From Antedon mediterranea (lineage: Eukaryota; Animalia; Echinodermata): a stretch of 64,000 nt of DNA. The stretch is taken from contig NC_092671.1 in assembly GCF_964355755.1 (NCBI RefSeq), positions 24,130,070 to 24,194,069 on the forward strand, written 5' to 3'. A program made the position numbers and the translations under genes. This document shows positions 26,745 to 39,610 of this stretch, in pieces. Under the pieces are notes generated by a model. That model did not search any database and was not told the DNA's origin. It saw only the letters and a list, made by a program, of their open reading frames with translations. Each line of letters starts with the position of its first letter. Position 1 is the first letter of the stretch.

Positions 26745-26878
26745 AGTTTTATCTGCTGTTGCTTTCTTGCCTCCAACTATAAAATTCATTTCCGTTGCTA
26801 AATCTGAGGTGTTACCCTTTCCCATACCAAAACCTGATCTTGTTTCTTCTTCCTCATCACTCTCTCTAGCCCAGATAC
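26745..26878 (-). CDS. TFIP11: TFIP11 coding exon 2 (G-IWARESDEEEETRSGFG...MNFIVGGKKATADKT)
   Basis: ttag acceptor, gtaaat donor; matches the GVWAERDSD...NFI motif of TFIP11. Confidence 0.9.
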
Positions 26879-28449
26879 CTAATTAAAAATAGTATTAATT
26901 CAAGTATACCAGTCTTTCAAATACTAGCAGTTTGTGATTGATGTTTTTCAAATTACAATTAAAAATTCAATTCCCAATTTATATAAAGCTTTGTCTACAC
27001 TATCAAATTTTATGTGAAAACAAAATTTGATGTGCCCATATATGGATATGATGACGTCATATCACACATCATTAAATTGTATAAAAAAATGTTGAGCATG
27101 TTCAACTTTTTTTGATGTAGTCTATCAAAAATCTGTCAAATTTTTATATTGACCAATCACAGCGTGTTATTTTTTTATCAAATTTATTAAATCAAGCTCG
27201 CTCTCTCCGTATTTTTGTTTCTTGAAAAAATGTCTTCGCGACGATTTTCGACGGAAGATAACAAAAAATGTATTTCCCTGTACTGTATTTGGTTCCACCT
27301 GTTTGTGGGATACCAAATGCAGGGCCTACCGTGATAGGGTCAAAAGACAGCAAGCTGTCTAACAAATTGGAAAAAAATTTGATTCGGAAATGCCTGGTAA
27401 ACACTACTTTATTTAGTCATATACAGATAGCGCATAGTAGGCTTAGCCCCTAGCTCTCGATATTACGTTACTTAAGTTCACATACGCCCGCAGAGTACGC
27501 CTCCCGCTCCCGATCGATAAATAGGTCAACCACCTTCATCTAGCAAGCTACACCACCGCACACACATACAACCGCGGAGTACTAGCTAGGCCTATAACCA
27601 TGGAGGAATTATTTAAAACAATTAAAACATATTTTAATAATTATATTATTATTATAAAATATAATTCCTTTATGGTATCGCCAACTATTCATGGAGAAAT
27701 AAAGTTAAATTTCTTTCACCATGAATCCAACTAGATAGGGCCTACGCCTAGGCTAGGCCTACATACTACATACTGCATGCAGTATGAGTATTTCCCTCGT
27801 CAGACTTTAGTTGAGACTCCAACGGGGGAAATACAGTGTAGGGGGCCCAGTCTAGCTAGGTCATAGGCTTAGGGTCTACTAGGGCTAGGCCTAGCTAGAT
27901 AGGATATGAATGATTGTGAGTGAATACTTCCTAGGCCTAATTAATATAAGAACGCCTACTATTACTAAACTACTAGAGGCCTAGGCCTTAGGCTAAATAC
28001 TAAATAAGCATATAGGCCCTAGGCCTAAAGAAAGTAGTAGCAATGTAGCATGCTCTATTTTAATTATTAGTTGCAAGGATTAAGATGTAAATAACTTTAA
28101 TAATCTAGGTTAGATCAAATCTTCAATGAATATTTGTTTATTGAAATCATATTTATTTACAACATTTATGGCTGCGTTATATTACAGAAACTGAAGTTAA
28201 AAGCATAATTAATACCTTGATGCTTTAATGAAAGCAATAAAAGTGGGATTGGGTCTGATTGCTATGTTTCAAGATGGCCATTTTATAACAGTATTTCCTT
28301 CTTAGCAGATCATATAACCCCACGGAAATCAACCTCATCTGTTAGTAAGTTTTTTTTAGTTGTTAAAACATTAACACTAGCAAAATTTGTAATGGTCAAT
28401 TATATTACCGTGGAAGAGGTTCCACGTCATTTACATATTGACAGAATTT

Positions 28450-29112
28450 TTCTCTAATATCTTTAGCAATTGATGTACTATTATTGCTGCCTTGACTATG
28501 TAAGTTCTGAACCTTGGATACTGCTTCCGCTGATATTTCCTACCCATTTGCCCATAAGTAATTGTGCAGTACACATGTGAATAGAACAACCTTCTGGCAA
28601 TTAGAAGGTACTAGCATTATTTTAGAGTAAAAGATTCTGAATCTGTTAGCAAGATGTCCAAATACATTTTCTACTACTCGGCGGCCTCGGCTTAATCGGT
28701 AATTGTATGCTCTCTTTTCCCTCGATAGTCCTCTTTGAGGGTATGGCTTCATAATGTTCTTGTGTAAGGAAAAGCATCATCAGCCAGTATGACATGAGGT
28801 GCCACTATATCAGATCCTGGCAACTTGCAAGGTTCTGGGATGTTTAGCATGTTGCTTTCTGATGTCAGTGCCTGCCAAAACGTTGAAATTCGCAGCACAC
28901 CACCATCACTGATCCTTCCGTTGCAATCAATGTATAGAAACCTGAAGTTAGCATCAACTAATTCCATCAGGACGATAGAGTGGGTCCCCAGTAATTGTAA
29001 TAGTAGAAACCAGACTTGGGAGGACATCTATGGACCCAATACAATTGGGAAACTGCCATTTTTGGAAATAATAATTTGAAATTGTTTTCCACTCATCCTG
29101 TGTTGATAGAGT
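28450..29112 (-). pseudogene. Harbinger (DDE_Tnp_4/HARBI1-like) transposase remnant, left arm
   Basis: WQFPNCIGSID, NGRISDGG, ILADDAFP, MKPYP, YNYRLSRGRRVVENVFGHLANRFRI, CVLHNYL; internal deletion and frameshift; preceded by a poly-T-cag acceptor. Confidence 0.9.
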
Positions 29113-29159
29113 CTGAAAAAAAAAAGATGAAAATTTCTATTAAATATATATAAATCCAA

Positions 29160-29465
29160 AGGCAAATTACTGAAAAAATGACAATGCTGTGGGTATCAGT
29201 TGCTGGATCTCAATGGAGATACAAAAAAAAAAAGCGAAAAGCTAAATCAAAATGATAAAGTAAAACAGCCAGAAAAGTTAACAGAGTTTTCGGGCAACAC
29301 TAGCCCTTCATCAGTGCAAGTGAAGGAATTTAGATAACGTCATAGTATAAGAACTGGCAAGTGCTGCCTGGGGGGACAGGAATAAAAGAAATAAAACAGA
29401 CAGGGTGGAGTCTAAATAAGAGTAGAAAACAAAGAAGGCAGCTTGGTAGAGATATAAACAATTTG
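29160..29465 (-). mobile_element. Solo Penelope-type pseudo-LTR carrying a hammerhead motif
   Basis: Pyrimidine-rich ~300-bp segment around the CTGATGA/GAAA core, absent from the right arm of the palindrome. Confidence 0.5.
29281..29320 (-). ncRNA. Minimal type I hammerhead ribozyme motif (possibly degenerate)
   Basis: cttgca-CTGATGA-a-GGGC-tagtgtt-GCCC-GAAA-actc-tgt; stem II intact, stems I and III very short. Confidence 0.6.
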
Positions 29466-30823
29466 GAATGAAACTAAAAAACATTAATATATATATATAT
29501 ATATATATATATTTTTAGATGAATCCATGTATCATCTCTCCAAGCCAGGAACTGGGATTAGATTCTGTTCTAAATTTACCAATACCAGAACATCCCCTCT
29601 TCAAGAAAATTACTCTCTCCCAGAAATGTCCCCTCTCTCATCAACAGAATTGTTCTCCATACCACCAGTTCCACCAATGGCAACTCCATGTAAAAAAGTT
29701 TTTTTAGTTGAATATGCCATTTTAAAGTTGTATTGTCCCGTGAAACACAAAAAATGACGGTCAAAATATTTTTTATTTAAATTGGCCATATCATAGTAAT
29801 ATTACAGTTATTCACTTTAAGTCTAAAATTTGAACGAAAAACAACAAGTTTACGTAATTAACAGGTAAATTAGTTTGATTACATTTCAAACCACAAGTAT
29901 TATGCATGGGCTCAAAAAATTGGCCGCATATGATAATCAACTCACTTAGAAAGAAATAAACAAGCCAATAAGATGTTCATACATAATTCATTAGCAAGCG
30001 CGTTGCGTTATTAAATATGTAAAATTGAAAACTTTGACTGGAAGTCAAAGTTATTTTTTGAACAAAAAAACGTCTGTAATTCAGTTAAATGGTTTTCAAA
30101 GGGACAATACATCTTTAATGACTCATAATAGTTATTCACTTTGACCAAATTTATTCATCTGAAAAAACTGTAATTTAATGATGATGCACCTACTTGGTGT
30201 GCTATCGTGAAGTGAATTATATGGTTTAATGCTTGTAAAGTAATATAAATTGTTAATAAAGTGAAAGTGTTTTTGGACATTATATGTTGTGTTTCCTTGT
30301 ACTTCATACCATGACTTCAACACCATACAGTATTAAGGAGGTAGATATTTTTAAATGTGTGTGTGTGATCTCCTACCTTCAAGTACTCATCCTTCATTGT
30401 ACTGTATAATATTTAGTACTTTACATTAAATTTGTTTAGGGGAATCTTACACAAGCTTGGACTATCAATATAGGATTTCTAAACAGTTAATAAGCAGATT
30501 AATACCTGAAGTATGTGAGGCAATATAGTCTAAAAGATGAGTACTTGAAAGTAAGCGATCACTTACAAAAAACGCATTTCAAAATATTTTACTATCTCAA
30601 CACTTTATGATGTTGAAGTCATGGTATCAAAGAAAACAGTAATACATATAATCACTTTACTTTATTGACACATTCCATCAAAATAACATTGTTATAAATA
30701 GCAACAATTATGAATATATAATTTATTGCACTCCATAATGTTCTCAATACTTTAGTATATATTACTTTAAAATGAAATTAATATTTTTTAAATTAAAGAA
30801 GGGAATGGGGCTTTAACAGTACG

Positions 30824-32710
30824 ATGGCTGCTCAACGTATCTTTACTGCTATGTGTCTCTTTTTGTGTTTTGCATCAACTATTGGTGTTATTAAACCTTG
30901 TCTATCGAATTTAAGTAGGACCCGGAACCCACATTTTAGTTTTCAGTGCAATACCTCTATACAAATATGTTATACTTTGGACGCAAATTTGGACCATTTG
31001 CTAGGCTCAACTTCTGCATTATGTTGCGAGTGCTCGCATGGTGTGGAGTGCACTGTAGCCCTGGATCGACTAAGGCAATGGGCTCAGTTCAGTACCTTGT
31101 TTACTAGGCCTAGGTGGTCTATTTTAGCATTTGCCTATCTAACAAAGCCTAAAGGTAAACGAAAACATGCTATTAAATACAGTGGAGCTAGGGTTCCTTA
31201 CTATTCAAGTTATTATTGTTCATCAAGTTTTCAGCCGGAACTTTCCTTATGCGGTGATATTGAACAAAATCCAGGCCCCGCAGAGGAAAACAAGGACAGG
31301 GCTAGAGATAACACAAACACAAGTAATAACAGTAATAATCCAACATTTTATTACCAAAATATAAGAAGCCTTAAAAACAAGATGGACACATATCATTCTG
31401 AACTAAATGTGCACCTCATTAATAATACGTTCGACTTTGTTGCATTTACCGAGACTTGGCTAAATTCAACGGTTCTTGACTCCGAACTTTACTGTGATGG
31501 TTTTACAATTCATAGAAGGGACAGGAACGATGGCAGAAGAGGTGGTGGTGTTCTTTTCCTAGCTTCTAATCAGTATAAGTCTCGACGTCTGGAGCACCTT
31601 GAGAAACCAAATATTGAAATCCTCTGGGTTGAAATTAAGCTAAGCAAGACAAAACGAGTGCTGGTTGCTGTTATTTACAGGCCACCCAACAGCGGAAGAG
31701 ATGTCATGTTGCAACTAGCGCAATCAGTTGAAGATGCATCAGCCATGTATTCAAGGCATCATATTGTTCTTATTGGAGATCTGAATCTTTCTGAAATCAC
31801 GTGGACCAATGATGGATCTGGAACTGCACCTGCTAACTCATTGGGTGAACTTTTTATTGACTGTTTTATTAATGGACATAATTTGTTTCAGTGCAATGTC
31901 AATCCAACGTGCAATAATAATGTTTTAGATTTAATTTTGTGTAATAATTCAATTGATTTAATCTCGGATATTTCTGCTGGTCAGAATATTTTTGAATCTG
32001 ATCATTCTTCAATTTCATTTATTCTTAAAATTTCAATTCAAAAACACTTTTCTAGGGATTCAAGACAACTATATTGTTTCAAGGCTGTAAATAATGATGA
32101 TCTTTTAAATGCTTTTAATGTTATACCTTTTGATTTAATCCATATGTGCAATCATATTAACGATAGTGTTTCTCTTTTTTATGATTTAGTCGATGCTGCT
32201 CTCCGTGATCTTGTGCCTATTGTTAGACCTAAAAGAAAAATGCCGCCATGGTTTGATAATGAAGTTAGAGTCGCTCTTAAAAACAAAGAGAAATGTTTTC
32301 GTATCTCTAAACGACTTAATACACATGAATCAAAACATGCTTTTTCCGTTGCCAGAAAAGAATTTAAAGTCCTTATGAAACTTAAATATAAAAGTTATAT
32401 GCAATCACTCTCTGGGAATCTTAAGGCAAATCCCAAACGCTTCTGGTCGTGGATAAAGACCAAAACTAAATCGTCTTCTTATCCGTCGGTTATGTCGCAT
32501 GGGCACAAGGTCGCGGAGACAACTAATGATAAGGCTGCTTTATTTAACAGTTATTTTCATTCAGTTTTTAGATCTGGACCTTCTGTGACTGATGAACACC
32601 AACGTCTGCCTGAGGCTTCTGTCGGCATTCTCAATGCTCCAATTATTCAATCTGAAATTGTTAACTCGTTACTGTCATCCATTCAGACTCATAAAGGCAT
32701 CTGGATGTGA
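30824..32710 (+). pseudogene. CR1 ORF N-terminal part: hydrophobic Cys-rich leader, 2A-like DIEQNPGP, APE endonuclease
   Basis: 628-aa ORF; DIEQNPGP at 31256-31279 (residues 145-152). Confidence 0.85.
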
Positions 32711-34096
32711 TAATCTCAGTAACCATGTTCTTAAAGTTTGTTCTCGTCCTCTTTCTATTCCTATTTCGTTCCTCTTTAATAAATCTCTTCAAACCGGTAA
32801 ATTTCCTTCCGTTTGGAAACGTTCCAATATTGTTCCTATTCATAAGGGGGGGACCAAGAAATTGATTTCTAACTATAGACCTATCTCTCTGTTGCCTACC
32901 ATTTCTAAATTGTTTGAAAAAATTGTTTTTAACCATATTTCGACTCATGTTTCTCCTGCCATTGCTTCCTGTCAGCATGGCTTTGTAACTGGTAGGTCAT
33001 GTGAAACAAACCTTGCCACCCTGTTGACCACAGTTTACGAAGCCATTGATGACAGGAAGCAATGTGATATTATTTACACTGACTTTTCTAAGGCGTTTGA
33101 TCTTGTTCCTCATAATTTACTCTTATTAAAATTACAACGTTTTGGTTTTCATAATGATTTTATCTCCTGGTTTTGTAGTTATCTTAATGGTAGGTTCCAG
33201 AGAGTGGTCATTGAGGGTATATCCTCTGAATGGCTTCCTATTCAGTCCGGTGTCCCTCAGGGATCGATTCTTGGTCCTCTCCTTTTCAATCTTTTTGTCA
33301 ATGATATCCCAAAACCCTTCACCCACTCCAGATGTCTTATGTTTGCTGATGATGTTAAGCTATACAGAATTATTGGTAGTGTTGAGGATGCTGACAGGCT
33401 TCAGGTGGATTTGGACAAGCTATGTTATTGGGCTGCTTTATGGGGTATGTCCCTCAATCCAGTAAAGTGCAATATTTTAACTATTACTTTGAAAAAGAAC
33501 ATTTTATTTTATAATTATTTAATTAATGACAATCCCATTAATAGGGTGCAATCGCAAAAAGATCTTGGTGTTTTTATTGATAGTTCCCTTTGTTTTTCTT
33601 TTCATATTGATTATCTTGTTGGCAAGTGCAATAGACTGCTTGGGCTGATGTGGCGTAATTGTAAACATTTTGACAGGCAAACCAAAATCCACCTTTATTA
33701 TTCAATTATCCATCCCATTCTCAACTTCAGTTCTGTTATTTTTAATTCTATTTCGAAAACTCAGTCTACGCCACAACCAGAATCCTGACTTTCATTTCCA
33801 TGTCCGATCTCCTGAGTCTCGTAGAACCTTTTTTGATCTTGTTTTTTTTGTATAAATGTATTAATTCTTTATTTGACTATAACTTAGTTAGTAATTTTTA
33901 TCTTAGAGTCCCTAGTCGTCGTCTTAGAAGAAATACTACTTTTCATATTCCTTTTAGTAGAGTTAATGTTTTAAAAAATGGTTTTATTAGTAGATTAAGT
34001 CAAACTTACAATTCTTTTACTTTAAGAAACCCTGAGTTAGATATTTTTAGTAATAATTTCCGTAAGTTTCGTAACATTGTTAGTAGTTTAGTTTAA
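32592..34096 (+). pseudogene. CR1 reverse transcriptase and C-terminal part (frameshifted)
   Basis: 398-aa ORF with all RT motifs; continuation in ORF 33800..34096. Confidence 0.88.
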
Positions 34097-34589
34097 TGTT
34101 TGTTATTGTATATGTTCGTGTTTGTCTGTGTTCCCTCCTGTAAGTGGTGAACCATGAGCTCACTGTTGGTTGGGAAATGAATAAATAATAAATAAATAAA
34201 TAAAATAAATATAGTGCATTGTTTACTTCTGCCAAGGAGGTATATGTAATCGGTAGCGTGTGTTTGTTTGTTTGTTACTTGGCAAAATTCTTTTTGCCAA
34301 GTATAGTATTTACTTTGTTTGTGTGTTTGTTTGTTTGTTAGCACGATAGCGCCTACAGTTTTCTAGTTATCGTTCTGAATTTTTGGGTGTAGATAGGTAT
34401 ATACTTTCAGACCATGCCTATTGAAAATCAACAAAATTGGTTTATTAATAACTTCACAAATAACTAAAATGATATTATTTTCAAAAGCCGGCAAGCAGTC
34501 TTAAAGTAACAAGTGTACTGAAATTGCATTTTCTCGAGAACTACTTGTCCAAAAAACCTAATTTTTGGACAAGAGGCAAGGGTTATAAT

Positions 34590-36123
34590 TAGTTATCCGC
34601 ACATGGCAGTGTGCGGATAACTCCTTGTTATTGTATGGGATCTTTTTTTTCTTTTTCTGTATTATTCTTCTGTCTTTCTTCCTTTTTTTGTGAGCCCTGT
34701 TTCTCTAAAATGTGTAAACAGAACATATCATAAGTTTGTCAACATATAGATATTTACGTGAAGTTGTGCACCTCCTATTTTTGAAAAACGTCACAGTTGC
34801 GCAACGTGACTTGCGCGCAATTTTATGAATTTAAATGATTGATCATAGATTAAAAACCAAAAGTCATTTTGTATTGAGACTTGGTGAAAATTAATCTGTG
34901 GATTAAAAATGGCATGTTTCACACAAAGTTACACGCGCACGCGCATTTAAAATTTTAAAATGCGAAAAATCAATTTCTAATCAACTGTCTACGCGTTTCT
35001 TGTCATTTTGAGCATGTCAAAAATTCCCACACGTGCGCAAATTTTTACACGCGAGGGGCGCACGTAGCGTTAAAAACATACTTTTTTCGTGTGATTTATG
35101 TTTTTCCAGCCTTTTCTAGTAATTTTACCAACTTTTAAACAATTTCGACTTAAAATTACGTCATACGAGCATGTCGAATTGGATAATTTGCGCGCGTATT
35201 TCATCAAAAAGCTAAAAAAATCGTCAAAATTATGCCTTTTTTTAAACAGTCGTAGTTTCTAAACTAAACGGTGAAAGTTATTTTTATTACATATTCTGGA
35301 AGTTGATGAGTTGTAGATATCAAATCATACATTAATATGGCTAACAGGACATTGTGACGTCATCGTATGGCCACGCGAATATAAAATATAGGATTTTTGT
35401 CTCTTTCGTTATTGCTCATCACATTCAATGGAGCGCATCACGCTTATCCGTATTCCATTTTCTCCGAGATTTTAATATTGTCTTGGTCAATCAACTAACT
35501 TTCGCATGAGTTAAAAATATTTTAATTTTTGTAACGTCATCATGCCTAAAAATGTTAATTACGTGGGTCATTAATTTCATCTTTACAGTAAATTTTAATC
35601 TGTTATCGCTCGTAAGAATAAAATGGGATAATCACGATTAAAATGTTTTCTGGAAGCTATTGGATTGTAGATACGAAATCATGTAAACATTTTGCCAATC
35701 GGATGTTGTGACATCATCATATGGCCAGTTAAATAAAAAAAGTCGTATTTTCATCTTTTGCGTCATAGTTCATTACATTTAAAAGAGCGCGCATCAATAT
35801 TTCACGTGTTCAAATTTCTTCTACACGTTAATATGTTGTTGTTGAGATAATTTCCTTCCGAAATTGCTACATTCGCGTTTCATTTTGAAACTGTCAATAT
35901 AATTTCACCTATTCTACACTGGATGTGATATGTATACAGATTATACTGTGTATACTATATGACACAAAATAACAGAATTCAGCAATAACAACATATCATA
36001 TTCTTCAGTTCAGGTCACAATGCCATAATCTTTTTCCGTGTGCAATATTCCAACGTATGACGTGCACGTGGCGTTTGTCGTGCAGATAACTAACTCGTCA
36101 AAGTGACCAGTTTCATGTCTAGT
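34590..36123 (+). mobile_element. Helentron/HINE-like element (gttatccgc family), complete copy
   Basis: Inserted without TSD in a T run of ggttataatt|tgtgatttg (uninterrupted form at ~40471); 5' hairpin and 3' hairpin + ctagt. Confidence 0.7.
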
Positions 36124-37815
36124 TTGTGATTTGTAATTTCAAAACATAATTTGATTTAATGTAACAGCTTTTTAATACGAGTAGTTTAGAAAAAGCTATT
36201 TCTTTTAAAATCCACCCGTTTGTTTTTCGCGTCGCTGTTCCATTGTTAGTCAAATGAGACTATTGTTAGTTGATAATTATTAGTTATCCGCTTGGTATAC
36301 CAAGCGGATAACTCCTTGTTATTGTATGAGATCAACAGTTTTTTTGGTTATCCGCAACTTTTTAAGTTGCAGATAACCCTTGTTATTGTAAATATCTTTT
36401 TTTTTCATCTTTATTCTTATTGGTTATCCGCAACTTAGTTGCAGGATAACCCATGTGATTGTAAATATATTTTTTTTTCATCATTAGTTATCCGCATTGA
36501 GCGGATAACTCCTTGTAACTGTCCTGTTACTTTTTTTTTTCTTTCCTTCTCCCCCATTTTTGTGTCTCACGTATCTCAAAAACTTGTAAACATAACATGT
36601 TATAACTTTGTCAGCATGAGGGCATTCACGTGAAGTTGTGCACCTCCTATTTTTGAATGATGTCAGAGTTGCGCAACATGACTTACGCGCGATTTTATGA
36701 ATTTCACATATTTAACATAGGTCAAAAACCAAATAACATTTTAAATTGAAACTTTGCAAAAGTTTAATTTATATCATGCGCTAACTTTTTGTTGAAAAAA
36801 AATGCGTGTTTTACAAAAAGTTACGCGCGTACGCGCATTTAAAATTTCAAAATGCGCAAAATTAATTTCTAATCAACTTTCTACGCGTTTCATGTCATTT
36901 TGAGCATGTCAAAAATTCCCAGGCGCGCGCAAATTTTTACGCGCGCGGAGCACACGTACCGTTAAAAACAGATTTTTTTCGTGTGATTTATGTTTTTTCA
37001 GCCTTTTCTAGTAATTTTACCAACTTTTAAACAATTTCGACTTCAAATTACGTCATACGGGCACGCCGAATTGGATAATTTATGTGCATTTTTGAAGAAA
37101 AGGTTCAAAAATTTGCAAAAATTTGTCAAAATTATACCTTTTTTTAAACAGTCGTAGTTTCTAAACTAAACGGTAAAAGTTATTTTTATTACGTATTTTG
37201 GAAGATGATGAGTTGTAGATCATGTATCATGCATCAATACGGCTAACCGGACATTGTGACGTCATCGTATGGCCATGCGAATATAAAAAATAGGATTTTT
37301 GTATCTTTCGTCATAGTGCCTCAAATTTAATAGAGCGCATCTCCACTTATCTGTTTTCGATTTAAACCCAGATTTTGATATTTTCTAGGTCAATCAACTA
37401 TCTTTCGCATGAGTTAAAAATATTTTAATTTTTATGACGTCATCATGCCAAAAATGTAAATAACGTGGGTCACTTATTTTCATCTTTACAGTAAATTTCA
37501 ATCTGTTATACTAGTACAGGAAAGATATGCTCAGAATCAGTAAAAGGTTGAAAAAATTGCAACAGAATTTTTTTCACCACAATGCATTTCTATAAGGTCT
37601 GCAGCTGCCTGGCGATCTGTTATTTTGTCGCGATGTTATTTTTGACGGCAAAAAGTATATTAAAACATTCCGAATGTGACCCTATCATGTTTCACAGTGT
37701 AATAATGTGATTATGAGACTTAATACTAAAATGTCAAATCTAACGAGATTTGAGAAAGATGTGGCTATATATTCAATAAAGCTAGGCCTAGGCCTACTAG
37801 AGTGTAGGTATGTAC

Positions 37816-39610
37816 CGAGTGTTGACAAAGTGCGAGGCAGCGAGGCACGCGAGGCAAGCGCGGCATGCCAAATATTTGTGCGAGGCATATCATTTTATCA
37901 TTTCCAAAAGTGCGAGGCATGCGAGGCATATAGTTTACAATTTCAAAAAGGTGCGAGGCATATCTTAACGTGCTATTATGCTATATTATAGGCCTAATAA
38001 TCAAATAATATTTTGTCACACCCCTGCGCCTAGATCCGGTAGACCCGAGAGATGGAAAATCTCTCTGTACTATTTAGCAGGTAGCGGAATGATTCAGCCC
38101 CCAGCTCAGAGGATTGTGGTGCATTCCCCTCCTATAGCACGTGGTTTCAGCAGCAACGCACAGACTTCTCTCTGAGCGGCGTGCCAAAGACATTTTTGAC
38201 ATTCCATTCTCTAGGAACAACACGTGTACCTCTCTCGCAAATAAGGTGAACAGCGATTGCCAGGACAAGTTCAATAACTGGCGGTGAATAAAAGGTAACT
38301 GATATGGCGATCCAATAACATGCCGCAAAGAAAAAAATTGCGACAGAATTCTGGAGCGCGTGTGAAAAAAGACTTACGTCCGACAATTGTAATACTAGGC
38401 CTAAAATTAAACTTTAGCTAATATGCTTAGCCCTAACCTAGATAAGAGGCCTATGTAGAAAATAATTTAATCAATTTTGATATAATAATAATTGGTGTAA
38501 TATTTAATAATGATACACTATTCCTGTTTTAGTAAGCTAGGTATATTACGAACGATTTTTATTTATTGTTGTCCATGTACGTACTAATAAACCTGGCGCT
38601 AGTTTCCTTCGCTTGTATTTTTACTCCAAATTTGATAACTAACTTTATCGTGTGAATACCACACCTTAGAAGTATACCTCATGAGTACTTTAATGAAAGA
38701 ATCACATAAAAAGTAACAAATAAATCCTTAAATTAATGATTTTACAGGCGTGTTTCTCGCACACTGTTCGCGAATTTCACTTATTCAATGTTCAATATTT
38801 TTGTTTCTATGGAGCGCCAAAAGAGCAACGATAATAGAGGACTAAAACTCAGTGGAATGCGTCAATTTCTCAAGCATTTATTGGTGAAAAACACGTTTTT
38901 ATATTTGTTAATTTGTCAATAAAAATGCTGTAATATGTTACTGCTGATACTGTTCTGTTTTCAAAGAATAATAATCGATCCTAAATCAACATCACTACCT
39001 AGTCTAGACCTAGGACATCCTACTAAGGATATTATGATGAATTATTCTATTTTATTCTTTAAAAGGTTACCGAAACCGTGTACATTATCAACAGTACACC
39101 GGTGAACAGTAACATTTTTCCTTACTGACAGTGACAAAATCTATTGAAATTGTACTTGATTTTCACCAAATAATGCGTTAAATATAAATGGATTCCACAG
39201 AGTTTTTAGCCCTCTAATTAATTTTGCTCTTTTGGCGTTCCATAGAAACCAAAATATTGAACATTGAGTGTGCGAAATGCGAGAAAAACAACGTCTGTAA
39301 AATCACCAATTTAATGGATTTATTGTTACTTTTATGTGATTTTTCTTCATTAAAGTAGGCCTACTAATTCTAAGCTGTGGTATTCAGGATAAAGTTGGTT
39401 AAAATACAAGGCAGGTGCAAAAGGAAACTAGCCTAGCGGGCCTAGGCCTAGGCTACTTCAATTTTGGTGATTTCCTGCCTTGCAATTTTGAGAAATGATA
39501 AAATGATGCCTCGCATTTTTTGATGATGGTAAAACGATGCCTCGCATAAATTTCTGACTTGCCTCGCATGCCTTCCCTGCCTCGCGTGCCTCGCACTTTG
39601 TTACTACCCG
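37816..39610. mobile_element. Non-autonomous TIR element with gcgaggca subterminal repeats
   Basis: acaaagtgcgaggca / tgcctcgcactttgt inverted ends; 7-bp TSD tatgtac (37809-37815, 39611-39617). Confidence 0.75.
38014..38385 (+). mobile_element. Possible solo LTR
   Basis: TGTC...GACA termini, internal aataaa, flanks attt/attg, GC-richer than surroundings. Confidence 0.45.

Larger units (their letters stand above)
30795..34210 (+). mobile_element. CR1-clade LINE, near full length, copy 1
   Basis: APE (YQNIRSL, FTETWL, IYRPP, GDLN, SDH) and RT (NYRPISLL, DFSKAFD, GVPQGSILGP, FADD); (aataa)n 3' tail; +1 frameshift near 32695 and ~40-bp deletion near 33770 relative to copy 2. Confidence 0.93.

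Noticed and set aside
28450-29112. Domesticated HARBI1-like host gene nested in TFIP11
   Set aside because: Internal deletion removing the DGKH region and a frameshift; embedded in transposon ends
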